Sequence record: MK308675.1
Direction: 5' to 3' (one strand)
Length of the DNA: 64,000 nt
The notes under the pieces are model-generated. The model was given only the letters and a program-made list of their open reading frames with translations. It was not told where the DNA came from and did no database searches. The number at the start of each line of letters is the position of its first letter. Within the stretch, counting starts at the first letter, position 1. Below, piece after piece: positions 28,141-37,860 of the stretch. Both the position numbers and the translations under genes were made by a program.

Positions 28141-29035
28141 AACCACCTCTTGCACTTTCTTCAGTGTCTTCAATCCAGGCACTTAGTCGATTGATACGGT
28201 TAGTGTAGTAATCGATTTGTTTCTGGATACCCGCAAGCTCTTCTTCAGACGCCCCAGCAGCACGTTGTTCCAAGTAGTATACGGTTGTCTGAAGACGAGC
28301 AACCTCATCTTGAGCACGGTCGTACTTCTTCTTAAGATAAAGATTCTTAAGTTCGCCAATGAAGACATTGATGTCGCCAATGACTGGAATAAGATTTGCT
28401 TGGAATGGGTCAGACGCATTACCTTTAAGGCGACGAATGATATCTTCTTCACCTGGCTGGTAGTTAACGTCTTTGATTTTAGCCAGCGCTTCTGAGATTT
28501 TATCAGGCCCACGTTGGATAGCGTCCAGTACAGCAGCAAGCTTGTACATTTCTTTTTGGTCAGCAGCAGCTTTAGCGTAAGGTTGCTCTTTAGGTTTAAG
28601 AGGCTCGTCTACTTCAAGACGTGCAACGACGTAAAGGAACTTACGGACGTAAGTATCTGCTTCTTCTAACAACAGAAGGAAAGTAAGTAACTGAGCTTGG
28701 TCATAAGTCAATGCTTCTTTAAACACGTCGCGACGGAAAGAGTCTTTGAACAAAGATTCCCACTTCGCACGGTCTGCCATTAGTTTTTCGAACGACTCCT
28801 TAATAAAGGCAGTCGGGTTGCGACCATAGCCTGTTACGTTTAGGCGACGGCTCTTAAAGGTTTCATCAAGCGCTCGGTAGATTGAAGTGTTTGCACCAAC
28901 ACTAGGGTCTAACAGAGTCATAGGGACTGTGTTATCCTTGATGTTGTTCATGATGTCCTCAACACGAGTCATGATGATTTTCTTATCTGTTTTCTCTAGT
29001 AGTCCAGAGAAGACTTTAGACAGTATCTTTTTCAC
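28127..29035 (-). CDS. Head structural protein (phiKZ gp90-like)
   Basis: 302 aa, GTG start. DPFQANLIPVIGD...IGELK...Y and a C-terminal coiled coil (QKQIDYYTNRINRL). Confidence 0.65.
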   Translation of the reverse strand: MKKILSKVFSGLLEKTDKKIIMTRVEDIMNNIKDNTVPMTLLDPSVGANTSIYRALDETFKSRRLNVTGYGRNPTAFIKESFEKLMADRAKWESLFKDSFRRDVFKEALTYDQAQLLTFLLLLEEADTYVRKFLYVVARLEVDEPLKPKEQPYAKAAADQKEMYKLAAVLDAIQRGPDKISEALAKIKDVNYQPGEEDIIRRLKGNASDPFQANLIPVIGDINVFIGELKNLYLKKKYDRAQDEVARLQTTVYYLEQRAAGASEEELAGIQKQIDYYTNRINRLSAWIEDTEESARGGYEYN

Positions 29036-29049
29036 GTTCTACATCCTCG

Positions 29050-30189
29050 TTACATTGAGTACTGTTCGCCTGCTTTGTAAGCACGCATGATTGCATTGAT
29101 GTCCATTGCACCAGGATTAGTTGCAGCTGGAGCGATTTGGTCGTACGAGTAATCACCGTACTCTTCAACGCCGCGCTGATAAATACGAACCAATTCCATT
29201 TCTTGGTCTACGACACAAAGAAGCATAGAACCAGTAAGCTCGAAGTACTTGTGACGGTGACGCTCTTTAGTAAGAGAACCGTTCATGATGCCTTCGATTT
29301 GACGAGCAGTGCGCTTAGTGATAACAATCATGGAAGACGCAATGTTCATCTGTTTCTTGCCGCTTAGGAAAGAACTTAACAGACCACGTTTCTGGCGAAT
29401 CTTCGCCATCTCGTATTGACCATCTTTATCATTGATAAGAAGGTCTAGGTCGTTCTCAATCATATCTACGCCAAGTGCGTAGTCAGCAAATGATTTAAAC
29501 TCACCCGCCATGTAGCGATGCCAACGGCCTTTGTAGCTGTTGTCGCGAGATAAGAACGCTTCAAGCGTCTTAAGCATAGTGCGAGTGTTTAGAGTGCGAG
29601 GATTAAGAGTACAAGTAACTTGAACCTTAACTTTATCTTCGGCATCTAGAGGAACTTCGATTACTTTACCTACCGCTAAGTTAGCTGGTTTAGAAAGGTC
29701 GATAGATTCCATCGATACTTCAATTAGCTCTTTGCGAGTTGGTTCTTGGAAGTCAGCCATGATATCAAGGTTGTCTTCGTCCCACGACTTACTAGCCGCA
29801 ACAGAACCGCCTAGGATGCCGTCAATGCAGAAATCGTCAGAACCCAACATTGCAACAGCAGTGTCGATTGTGTCATGCACATTGTAACGATTGTTTGAAG
29901 TTTGGTCTAAGATAGACATGACTTCGACGTTACCGATTTTAGTAACGCGTTGTACAACAGCTAGGTAATGGCCGATGTAAAGCGCTAAAAGAAGCTGGCT
30001 AATTGATTGAGAGACCTGAGGGTCCATACGAGAAATATCTTGCTCAAAAAGAGCCGGCGGAGACATGCGTGCGTACTGAGAGAACTCAGATAAAGAGCGA
30101 CGAGAGTCAGATGCGTTTAACGCCGCTTTAGCTCCCGCTCCCGCAATAGTCGTTGCTACATTTAGCAGTGTCTGTTCTGGAGTATTCAT
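29050..30189 (-). CDS. Head structural protein (phiKZ gp89-like)
   Basis: 379 aa. VSME|S site, NLAVGKVIEV and RWHRYMAGE...DYALG.D motifs. Confidence 0.75.
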   Translation of the reverse strand: MNTPEQTLLNVATTIAGAGAKAALNASDSRRSLSEFSQYARMSPPALFEQDISRMDPQVSQSISQLLLALYIGHYLAVVQRVTKIGNVEVMSILDQTSNNRYNVHDTIDTAVAMLGSDDFCIDGILGGSVAASKSWDEDNLDIMADFQEPTRKELIEVSMESIDLSKPANLAVGKVIEVPLDAEDKVKVQVTCTLNPRTLNTRTMLKTLEAFLSRDNSYKGRWHRYMAGEFKSFADYALGVDMIENDLDLLINDKDGQYEMAKIRQKRGLLSSFLSGKKQMNIASSMIVITKRTARQIEGIMNGSLTKERHRHKYFELTGSMLLCVVDQEMELVRIYQRGVEEYGDYSYDQIAPAATNPGAMDINAIMRAYKAGEQYSM

Positions 30190-30237
30190 TTTTTTATTTA
30201 CCTGTATAACTGCGCAGTTAAAGATAAGAAGGTTACT

Positions 30238-31275
30238 ATGGCAACCAAGAAAATAGAAACCGTTCGTCGACAGTTAGGTTTCGGTTCACCGGAGTCGAAT
30301 GCTTACAATTTGTTCCACGGAATTAACCACCGAGGAACTGGGGATTTAACACCGACGAATCTTGATAACCACGGGTATGTGTTTTTCACGAAACCCGTTT
30401 TAAATTTAACAACGGACAATATCCGTAAAGTTAGTAAGCTATATTATTTAACTTCACAAGACTCTAATACTAACGGCACAGCTATCAAATGCTGCCTGAT
30501 GCCTAAACGTGAAGGTGACCGATACGAGCCAGGAAATACTCGTTCGGCTGTAATTGATGACAAGAGTGCTTTCATTCCGTTCCTAACAAACACACTCATT
30601 TCCTTCACAGGTTGGCCTGATGAGGTAACGGAATTTATCGACACGGACGAAGGTAACGCGAAAGAAATCCATGGCCATGTAGATGACCGCCCTGAGAACT
30701 TTGGCACCTTTGACTTGTCAGCTACGTTCGTTGCAAAAGAAGGCGACCCGCACATTGCCTTGTTCTCTGCTTGGCGTGAATATATGACCCGCGTAGCCGA
30801 GGGAACAACCATGACTCCTTTCCCTGAGATGATTGAATATGACGAAATCGATTACATGACTCGCCCTTATGTTCTCATCCTAGGGCCTGACCGTAAGCGC
30901 ATTCAAAAGATAGCAGCAGCGGGTGCGGCTGTTCCTAAAGCGGTCACGACAGGTGCTTCGTTTAACTACAACTCCGAAGCGGTATTCTCAGAAGAGAACC
31001 AACAGATAGATGTCCCATTTAAATGCTACGGAGCTATCTATAATGACCCGGCACTAATCGATGACTTTAACTGGACGGTGCAACAGTTTAACCCTGACAT
31101 GGAAGACTCACGCCGAGCAACATCGATGGTTAAGTTGACACCTCGCGAGAAGACGTTCTTTAACTTTTACGGATATCCGCGCATCGAAAAAGAAACGATG
31201 GAATTAGAATGGTGGCTCGATTTTGAAACTTACAATGCGCTACTATTACAACTAGAGGACGAAGGCGATGTCTAA
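30238..31275 (+). CDS. Virion structural protein (phiKZ gp88-like)
   Basis: 345 aa. GINHRG...P.N.DNHGYVFFTKP.LNL and GYPRI...T.ELEWW motifs. Confidence 0.7.
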   Translation: MATKKIETVRRQLGFGSPESNAYNLFHGINHRGTGDLTPTNLDNHGYVFFTKPVLNLTTDNIRKVSKLYYLTSQDSNTNGTAIKCCLMPKREGDRYEPGNTRSAVIDDKSAFIPFLTNTLISFTGWPDEVTEFIDTDEGNAKEIHGHVDDRPENFGTFDLSATFVAKEGDPHIALFSAWREYMTRVAEGTTMTPFPEMIEYDEIDYMTRPYVLILGPDRKRIQKIAAAGAAVPKAVTTGASFNYNSEAVFSEENQQIDVPFKCYGAIYNDPALIDDFNWTVQQFNPDMEDSRRATSMVKLTPREKTFFNFYGYPRIEKETMELEWWLDFETYNALLLQLEDEGDV

Positions 31276-34129
31276 TTACAAGTACATTGATGACTTGGCT
31301 AACCATTTTGCTATTTCGCCCGCTACGACATTTACGCACGGTACGCGAATGCTGAACGATGCGATTGGCGGCGAGGTGGACATAGCTGACCCTAACAACC
31401 CTTTCATCGGCTTGTTGGAAATTAACGCTACACAAGTAGCTGCTCTCATGCAAAGAACGGACGTATCTACGCGTAAACGTTTTGCTAAGCTAGCACAAAC
31501 TCTAACCGACCTTTACCCGCACATGTCCGATGAAGACTTTGCAGGTATCTTCGGTTCGCCTAACTACCAACATGTTATCTCGGTAGGCTTAGGTAAGAAT
31601 CAAATCATTGCAAACGCAGTTGCTGATTCTGGAACAGGACTTCGACACATCCGTATTCCTCGCGATACAATCTTCCGTGCCGATGACCTGCCTTTTACTA
31701 TTCATCAACCTATCGACATTTCGGTGTATCCAAACGGAGAACTGAGAGCAGAATTTGATAGTTCGGTTGAGTCTCCCATTAACAGACGACAATCTAACAT
31801 CATAGAAACTAACATCGGTTTCTGGGAAGGCACAGAGATGTTTGTAATGAACATTCCTTGTGACCAGTTAGATATCCTTTCTGTGGCTGAACCGGTTACC
31901 GCTTCTACGAGCTGGGAGCAGGAAGTGGAGATTGCGGGTAACTTCTTCTATGCTCGAGGTTACTACAGTTCAGATAACATTAACTGGACTGAGATGCATA
32001 CCACGTTCGATACTAATAACTTCGACCCTATCAATCCGACGATGGTTGTCCGTGTAGAAGATGGCTTGGTACGCTGCTTTATTCCAGACGTGTTCATTGA
32101 AGAAGAGCGTGTGGGTGCTTATGCTCGAGTTGACGTCTATACAACTCAAGGACGTATTAACATTGACTTGTCTAATTCAGACTCAGCGGATTGGGAAGCG
32201 GAATGGAACGACTACAGTGGGCTTTCTGCTGGCTACGTGGCTCCTCTGCAAAACATTACATCTCGCATAATTTTCTCTACCCAGGTTTCTACCGGCGGTA
32301 GCGATGCGATGACGTTTGAAGAAATCAAAGACCGCGTTATCTATAACCGCTTTGGTAAGAACGGTGCTTATACAGGCGAAGAGTTACGTCAAGAACTACG
32401 TGAGTTGGGCTATGAGTCTTCTCTACGTAAGGACACTCTGACTGACCGTATCTATGTTGCGTCTAAACGCATCGACGATGCTGTGCTGTTAAGTGACACG
32501 GGACTAGCCACAGGTATCGGCGTAATCTCCGAACCTATTGCTTTCTACACTGGACGCACCGACCTAGCCTACGCTATGCGCAAGCATACAACACGTGCTA
32601 CGATTCTGCCTGCTGCTCTTTATAAAGAACAGTCCGGTGGCGTTAGTATTCTGAGTGAAGCCGAGAAAGACGCATTACATGCTCTGACTCCAAGTGCGCT
32701 TGTAGACGAGCTGAACCAAAACGATTACTTCTACACTCCTTTCTACACTGTGCTGGATTACACAAACACATTGTTTACATCTCGCGCTTATTGGTTAAGC
32801 AGTCCAGAAGTTGTTTATCGTAATGCTCTTGTCAACAACAATGCTTTAGGTTTCACAGCATCGACTACAGACGTTCAGGTCACACACGACACGGACAAGA
32901 TGTCTGTTAAAGTTACAGCGGCCAGACCTAAAGATGTAACTGGCATTCATCTACAGATGACGTTCAAAGGCGATGATGAAGAACTGTACTACGTAACTCA
33001 ACCAGCTACGTACTTGACAGACACAACAATGGAGTTCACGTTCGAGTTCGGAACAACATACGACATTGATTCTTCTCACAACTTTAACACAACGGCTAAA
33101 GATAAGAACCACAGCACTGTAGATGTCCGCATCAACTTGGAACAAGAGTTTGAGCTGTTCTTTATCGTAGAGACTCCTACTTCGACTGCTTCATCTTTCG
33201 ATGATAAGTTCTACTCCGGTGGCTACGGTACAACAGTAACTGCTATTGCGTATGAAAACCTTAAGGCTCGTTTCGGTCGTTACTTAGATGGCCTGTTCCT
33301 TTCTTCACGTACCCTTGTTCAATCGGCAACTTATGAACTTCACTTAGTAGATGTTCCTGAGACTTACCTAGAGAACGTGTACGAGACAGACGCGAATGGT
33401 TACAAGCCATATGTGGATAACGACGGCAACATCACCTTTAACTTGCTACATGCAATCGGTGACCCTAAGCTCGATGGCAATGGCGACCCAGTCTACCTAC
33501 ATCGCGCAGGCGACCCTAAGCTAAATGCTGCTACAGGCGACCCTATCATTGCGAACCCGGAAGACTATTCTCGCGAAGTTCGTCTACCTCTGTTAGATGC
33601 TCGTTTCCTATTAGCAACGGACGAGTCCATTGTAGCGTACAGAGAAGCTCTACCAGCTCGCATTTACGAGTACTTGAGCAAAGACATTGCTGAACTGAGA
33701 AAGAGCGTCCTAGAGCGCACAAACTTGTTCTACGAACCTCTAACTAACCAACAGTCTACTCTGGTTAAAGTAGCGGACGGAAGAGAACAGTCTATGCGTA
33801 CCGCTCTGGCATTCGCGATTGACTTCCAGCTAACTGTGCCGGCTTATGAGAATGACGCATTCCGTGCTGCTCTGATTAGTTCGGCTAAGACCACCCTGGC
33901 AACTATCCTTTCTTCTAACGAAATTGCGATGTCTGTCATTACGTCTCAGTTGAAAGCATTGGCGCCGGATAACATTCTTAATGTGACTGTGTCTAACCCA
34001 ATCGGTTCTACTGGCTATGCTTCTATTCAAGAAGCACTTTCTAGCTTTAGTATCGGTAAGACTATGCGTCTACAGCCAAACGGTCAAACTGTTATTGTGG
34101 ATGACGTTAGTGTTTCGTTCTCGAAATAG
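31268..34129 (+). CDS. Baseplate wedge-like virion protein (phiKZ gp87-like)
   Basis: 953 aa. DPNNPF..LLE and STGGSDAMTFEEIKDRVI (T4 gp6-like GG.D.E motif), plus synteny. Confidence 0.7.
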   Translation: MSNYKYIDDLANHFAISPATTFTHGTRMLNDAIGGEVDIADPNNPFIGLLEINATQVAALMQRTDVSTRKRFAKLAQTLTDLYPHMSDEDFAGIFGSPNYQHVISVGLGKNQIIANAVADSGTGLRHIRIPRDTIFRADDLPFTIHQPIDISVYPNGELRAEFDSSVESPINRRQSNIIETNIGFWEGTEMFVMNIPCDQLDILSVAEPVTASTSWEQEVEIAGNFFYARGYYSSDNINWTEMHTTFDTNNFDPINPTMVVRVEDGLVRCFIPDVFIEEERVGAYARVDVYTTQGRINIDLSNSDSADWEAEWNDYSGLSAGYVAPLQNITSRIIFSTQVSTGGSDAMTFEEIKDRVIYNRFGKNGAYTGEELRQELRELGYESSLRKDTLTDRIYVASKRIDDAVLLSDTGLATGIGVISEPIAFYTGRTDLAYAMRKHTTRATILPAALYKEQSGGVSILSEAEKDALHALTPSALVDELNQNDYFYTPFYTVLDYTNTLFTSRAYWLSSPEVVYRNALVNNNALGFTASTTDVQVTHDTDKMSVKVTAARPKDVTGIHLQMTFKGDDEELYYVTQPATYLTDTTMEFTFEFGTTYDIDSSHNFNTTAKDKNHSTVDVRINLEQEFELFFIVETPTSTASSFDDKFYSGGYGTTVTAIAYENLKARFGRYLDGLFLSSRTLVQSATYELHLVDVPETYLENVYETDANGYKPYVDNDGNITFNLLHAIGDPKLDGNGDPVYLHRAGDPKLNAATGDPIIANPEDYSREVRLPLLDARFLLATDESIVAYREALPARIYEYLSKDIAELRKSVLERTNLFYEPLTNQQSTLVKVADGREQSMRTALAFAIDFQLTVPAYENDAFRAALISSAKTTLATILSSNEIAMSVITSQLKALAPDNILNVTVSNPIGSTGYASIQEALSSFSIGKTMRLQPNGQTVIVDDVSVSFSK

Positions 34130-34140
34130 AACATAAAAGA

Positions 34141-34168
34141 CTCTCCTACTCCTTCGGGAGTAGGAGAG
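34141..34168. terminator. Bidirectional terminator, repeated hairpin family
   Basis: ctctcctactcc TTCG ggagtaggagag between convergent genes; identical to 39619-39646. Confidence 0.85.
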
Positions 34169-34175
34169 AATCTTT

Positions 34176-35621
34176 TTATGCCGTCATGATAGCAGCAGCG
34201 AGTTCTTCAGATGAAGTACCTGCGATGATTTGGAAGCCAGTCTTACCTAAGGTCACAAACTTAAACCCTAGGGCAGCTACCGCATTTGTATCTACTAGCT
34301 CAGTAGTCTTAAGTGTGAAACGAATACGAGTAATGCAACCTTCCACATGCTCAATGTTATCGCGTCCTCCTACTGCCACTAAAATCTTCTTAGCAATAGA
34401 AGGGTTACTAAAATTTGAGGAACTACCTTTCTTATCAGCAGTTAAAGCCGACGTACAGTAGATGCGAGTCTCTTCTTGTACTGTAAGAACCTTACCTAGC
34501 ATCTCAGAGAAGTATGCTACGTATTTAGCCTGTTCAGACACAAGTAGACCGATAGCGGTGTTACAAGCTTGCAGTGTCTTCACTGCGTCACCTGCGATAC
34601 CTACTTGGTCTTCATCCATCTTCTGCGTGATAGAAGTAGTGCGTTTCAAGAAGCTAGAGTGACGCTTCTTATATTTAGAAACCGCATCTTCCATCTTGTC
34701 CATTGCTTTGTCCATGCTGTTACGAGCTTCCTGGATTTCTTTAGTATCTGGAAGTTTACGAATAGCGTCTAAATCAACGAACTTCTTGGTACGCTCTTCT
34801 TTCTGATGCTGGAGCCATGCTCTGCGCTGAGCATTAATCTGCATACAGAACGGAGAAGCTTGCTTAGGCCCTACTTTATAGAAGAACGGAGAAGGCGTCA
34901 TGAACGAGTTGCTGTCGATTGGGCGTGCGCCAGGAACAACAATGCTTAAAGAAGCAGTTGCTGAGTACATTGGCTCGAAAGCTTTCTCAAACTCTTTAAG
35001 TAGAGTATCTTTCAAACCACCTACAGACGAAGAGCTGTCAATGAATGATTTCAGTTCTTTGTATGCCATCTCGTTAAGTTTCTCGCCCACTTCTAAAGCA
35101 TGTACGACGTCGTTAACTGCTTGCTCTAGTACGTCAGGTCCTGAACTGTCCCAAGGTGCAAACGTAGGGTCATACTGAGCAATCTGGTCATCCACGTTAG
35201 GGAAAGCTTGTACGAAGCCATTACGGAACTCTTCAGAGTCTGCGTCTGCGTCTGGAGTCTTAACGCGAGAACCACGAAGTAGCTCTGCTAGCTTACGGCG
35301 AATAGCCTTGATAACTTTCAAGACAATCTCGTACACCTTCTCACCGCCAGCTACAGCTAAACTGAATGCTTTAGCGAAGATAGACTCCATCGCCACTTCT
35401 ACGTTCATTTGAGAATTAAACTCGGTAAAAGCTTTAACTGGATATTCGTCAGTGAAGTCTTTCATGCCGTACGCTGATTCCATAGCAACGACGTCGCCAC
35501 GGTTGATGCCTGAATAAGAAATCTTATCAGCCAACTTAAGAAGGGCCGATAACTCGACCGCTCCGTGTTGTTCATCTAGCGTTGCGGCTTCCAGCTCAAT
35601 ATCGATTTGCTCGAAGTCCAT
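34176..35621 (-). CDS. Internal head protein with C-terminal PTS EIIB (glucose/GlcNAc-type) domain
   Basis: Two VAME|S processing sites and an amphipathic helix at the N-terminus. The last 73 aa (34176-34397) read ILVAVGGRDNIEHVEGCITRIRF...LG...QIIAG, the EIIB type-1 signature with the phosphorylated Cys. Confidence 0.8.
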   Translation of the reverse strand: MDFEQIDIELEAATLDEQHGAVELSALLKLADKISYSGINRGDVVAMESAYGMKDFTDEYPVKAFTEFNSQMNVEVAMESIFAKAFSLAVAGGEKVYEIVLKVIKAIRRKLAELLRGSRVKTPDADADSEEFRNGFVQAFPNVDDQIAQYDPTFAPWDSSGPDVLEQAVNDVVHALEVGEKLNEMAYKELKSFIDSSSSVGGLKDTLLKEFEKAFEPMYSATASLSIVVPGARPIDSNSFMTPSPFFYKVGPKQASPFCMQINAQRRAWLQHQKEERTKKFVDLDAIRKLPDTKEIQEARNSMDKAMDKMEDAVSKYKKRHSSFLKRTTSITQKMDEDQVGIAGDAVKTLQACNTAIGLLVSEQAKYVAYFSEMLGKVLTVQEETRIYCTSALTADKKGSSSNFSNPSIAKKILVAVGGRDNIEHVEGCITRIRFTLKTTELVDTNAVAALGFKFVTLGKTGFQIIAGTSSEELAAAIMTA

Positions 35622-36427
35622 TAGTAATTCTCCTCTTCGGTCTCAGCGTAAGGGTTAACAATTACTTTCTCTTCCAGCATCGCTTCGATGATGTCAATCC
35701 AGTCCGGTTGCTCTGAGTAACCCATGATAATCTGCTTACAAACTTCATGGTGCTGAGGACCGATGTTCATGTTACCCAGGCAGGCTACTACGTAGTCGTA
35801 GTCACGGATATCGCCGAACGTAACACCGTCACGGTTAGTAATCATGAATTCTAACATGCGCGTCACCACGTTCTGGATGACGGCCTTCATGGCGTTTAAG
35901 CGATAAGCCGGAATATCGTCGTCATATTTCTCTTCCATAGCAGTGAAAATGGACTGTACTATGGTCTCTTTAGAACCTGCAATGTTGTTATTGCGGAAAG
36001 AAATACCTGAAAAGATTTCTTGATGTTGGCGAGTATGCTCCAAAAGGAAATCGAAAGCCATGTAATCGTCGCGTTCAGTCAGGTCTTCGACTTCTTCAAA
36101 CACTTGCCAGAAGCGGATGTGGTTACAGATTACATAGCCGGGGTCAGTCCAATAACGAGAACGGTCCTTGTAGATGCGACGTGCTAGTTCAACCACGAGG
36201 TCACAATCGCACATAATCGAACGGGCCATGCGTTTCGCTTCTGCCTTCGCTAGAGGGAACACGCTTTCCATCCAGATGTTATCGAACTGATAGTCGTACT
36301 CGTAATGGTAGATAGGTAGTGACTTTTGAATTTCGAAAGCGGCTAGCAACGTAGACACGCTCATGTTAGGTAATAGGACTGCCGAGTGTTTACGTGCAAT
36401 CTCATTCAATAAACGATATTTGTCCAT
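35621..36427 (-). CDS. Hypothetical virion-region protein (phiKZ gp85-like by synteny)
   Basis: 268-aa ORF translationally coupled to the EIIB-fusion gene (TAATG overlap). Confidence 0.55.
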   Translation of the reverse strand: MDKYRLLNEIARKHSAVLLPNMSVSTLLAAFEIQKSLPIYHYEYDYQFDNIWMESVFPLAKAEAKRMARSIMCDCDLVVELARRIYKDRSRYWTDPGYVICNHIRFWQVFEEVEDLTERDDYMAFDFLLEHTRQHQEIFSGISFRNNNIAGSKETIVQSIFTAMEEKYDDDIPAYRLNAMKAVIQNVVTRMLEFMITNRDGVTFGDIRDYDYVVACLGNMNIGPQHHEVCKQIIMGYSEQPDWIDIIEAMLEEKVIVNPYAETEEENY

Positions 36428-36433
36428 TGCTAA

Positions 36434-37783
36434 TTATCCTTCGAGTTTAGCAGCCAAGTAGTTAAGGTTGCTGTTAGAGAAATCTTCAAGTAGTTGTTGG
36501 CCCTTCAGTGAGCGATATGCTTTGCGGCCAGCAGGGAAGAATGTTTTACCGAACCATTGGAAAACGCCTAAAGCATCTTCATAGTTCTCGAGTAGTTCGT
36601 CGATAGCTTCAATTTCCATCGCTACCATCTTACGAGTATCTCGGTCTTTTGCATCTTTCAAGCGTGCAACGGTTTCGAGACGGATAACTTCTACTCGACG
36701 TTTAGGGTTGTCGTATACCGACTGCTGAATCTTGCTTTCTGCATACATGTTAGAAAGAAGTACCAACTGCACGAATGCGAAACAGACTAGAGCTAGAGGT
36801 ATGCTACCGCCGCCCGACAGAGCCGCTGCTGCAAGGAGCCCGGTATAGAAAGTAGAAGCTAAGTAGATAGTCATGGTTGCTGCAAAGCTAACTGCGTTGC
36901 CCCAGCGAGTACGTCGCTCCGTGTGCCATGCTCTATCTAGCTTGTTCATGCCTTTAGCTAAATGTACGCCCAAGCCCATGCGAGAAACGTATTGGTCAGC
37001 CAGAGATTCCCACGAACGAACTTCGTAGATGTTCAAGCCTAAGTCCGAACGAGACTTTTCGATACATTCGTTGTACATTACAACGCGTAGCTCATCTTCG
37101 TTCTTAGCGTTCAAGATAGCTTTCTCGCTACCTTTACCGATGCCGTGCTCTTGTTGCAGCTCAAAGATGTAATTCATCTTGTCGGCGTTTTCTTTTGCGC
37201 CGATAACTGCTTGAACGAAACCAGTAAGTACAAAGTTAGTGATGGACTGACGGTAGCCCCATTCGTAGAATGAAACTAAATGTCCCAGTTCGTGGAACAG
37301 AATGGCTGCTAGTTCTTCAGACGTGAACTTGTACGGAGTGTTCTTATGGTAAAACTCTGTACCCAGCTTAATGATATGCTCGTAGTGTTCAGGTGCACCT
37401 TCGATGCGACCAGTGGTACGATTTACACGCCAGTGGAAGTTCTCATGTTTCTTCATGAAAACAGTTTGTGCTTTGGTATCGGCTTCCCAGTCGATTCCGT
37501 AGTAATCCATGTAACTGCGATAGAATGGGTGGTCACCCAAAGCTTTAGGGAACTCTACGTAAGCATTGGCTCCTTCGAAGGCACCGATGTTAACTTTAGC
37601 TCCGACCATCGCTGTTACTTTCTCGTCAAGGCCACTCGCCTTGATGTTTCTATCGTTCCAGCCTTCCTGTCGAATCCGGTCGATAGTTTCGACGATGTCT
37701 TTCACATCATCGCGGTCCCATTGGAAATCAATCGCTTCCATGGAGACTTCTGTCTTTGGTAAAAATGCGTTAACACTAAACAC
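36434..37783 (-). CDS. Head protein with HExxH zinc-peptidase motif and hydrophobic helices (phiKZ gp84-like)
   Basis: VSME|AIDFQ N-terminus, AAILFHELGH (37280-37294) and ESLADQY, followed by two hydrophobic segments. Confidence 0.7.
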   Translation of the reverse strand: MFSVNAFLPKTEVSMEAIDFQWDRDDVKDIVETIDRIRQEGWNDRNIKASGLDEKVTAMVGAKVNIGAFEGANAYVEFPKALGDHPFYRSYMDYYGIDWEADTKAQTVFMKKHENFHWRVNRTTGRIEGAPEHYEHIIKLGTEFYHKNTPYKFTSEELAAILFHELGHLVSFYEWGYRQSITNFVLTGFVQAVIGAKENADKMNYIFELQQEHGIGKGSEKAILNAKNEDELRVVMYNECIEKSRSDLGLNIYEVRSWESLADQYVSRMGLGVHLAKGMNKLDRAWHTERRTRWGNAVSFAATMTIYLASTFYTGLLAAAALSGGGSIPLALVCFAFVQLVLLSNMYAESKIQQSVYDNPKRRVEVIRLETVARLKDAKDRDTRKMVAMEIEAIDELLENYEDALGVFQWFGKTFFPAGRKAYRSLKGQQLLEDFSNSNLNYLAAKLEG

Positions 37784-37860
37784 GGTAGTACCTCGAGGTA
37801 TAAAATAATAAGTGTGACGAATTAGCTAGTTGGTCACAAGATTTGACAAAGGCGTACACT

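Noticed and set aside
27694-29035. Frameshift linking the overlapping 302-aa and 162-aa ORFs
   Set aside because: An internal ATG with a GAGGTGG SD explains the overlap as ordinary translational coupling, and no slippery heptamer was noticed.
33440-33560. LH.AGDPKL..GDP internal repeat in the baseplate protein
   Set aside because: It is a short protein-level duplication recalled as a normal feature of this family, not a separate element.
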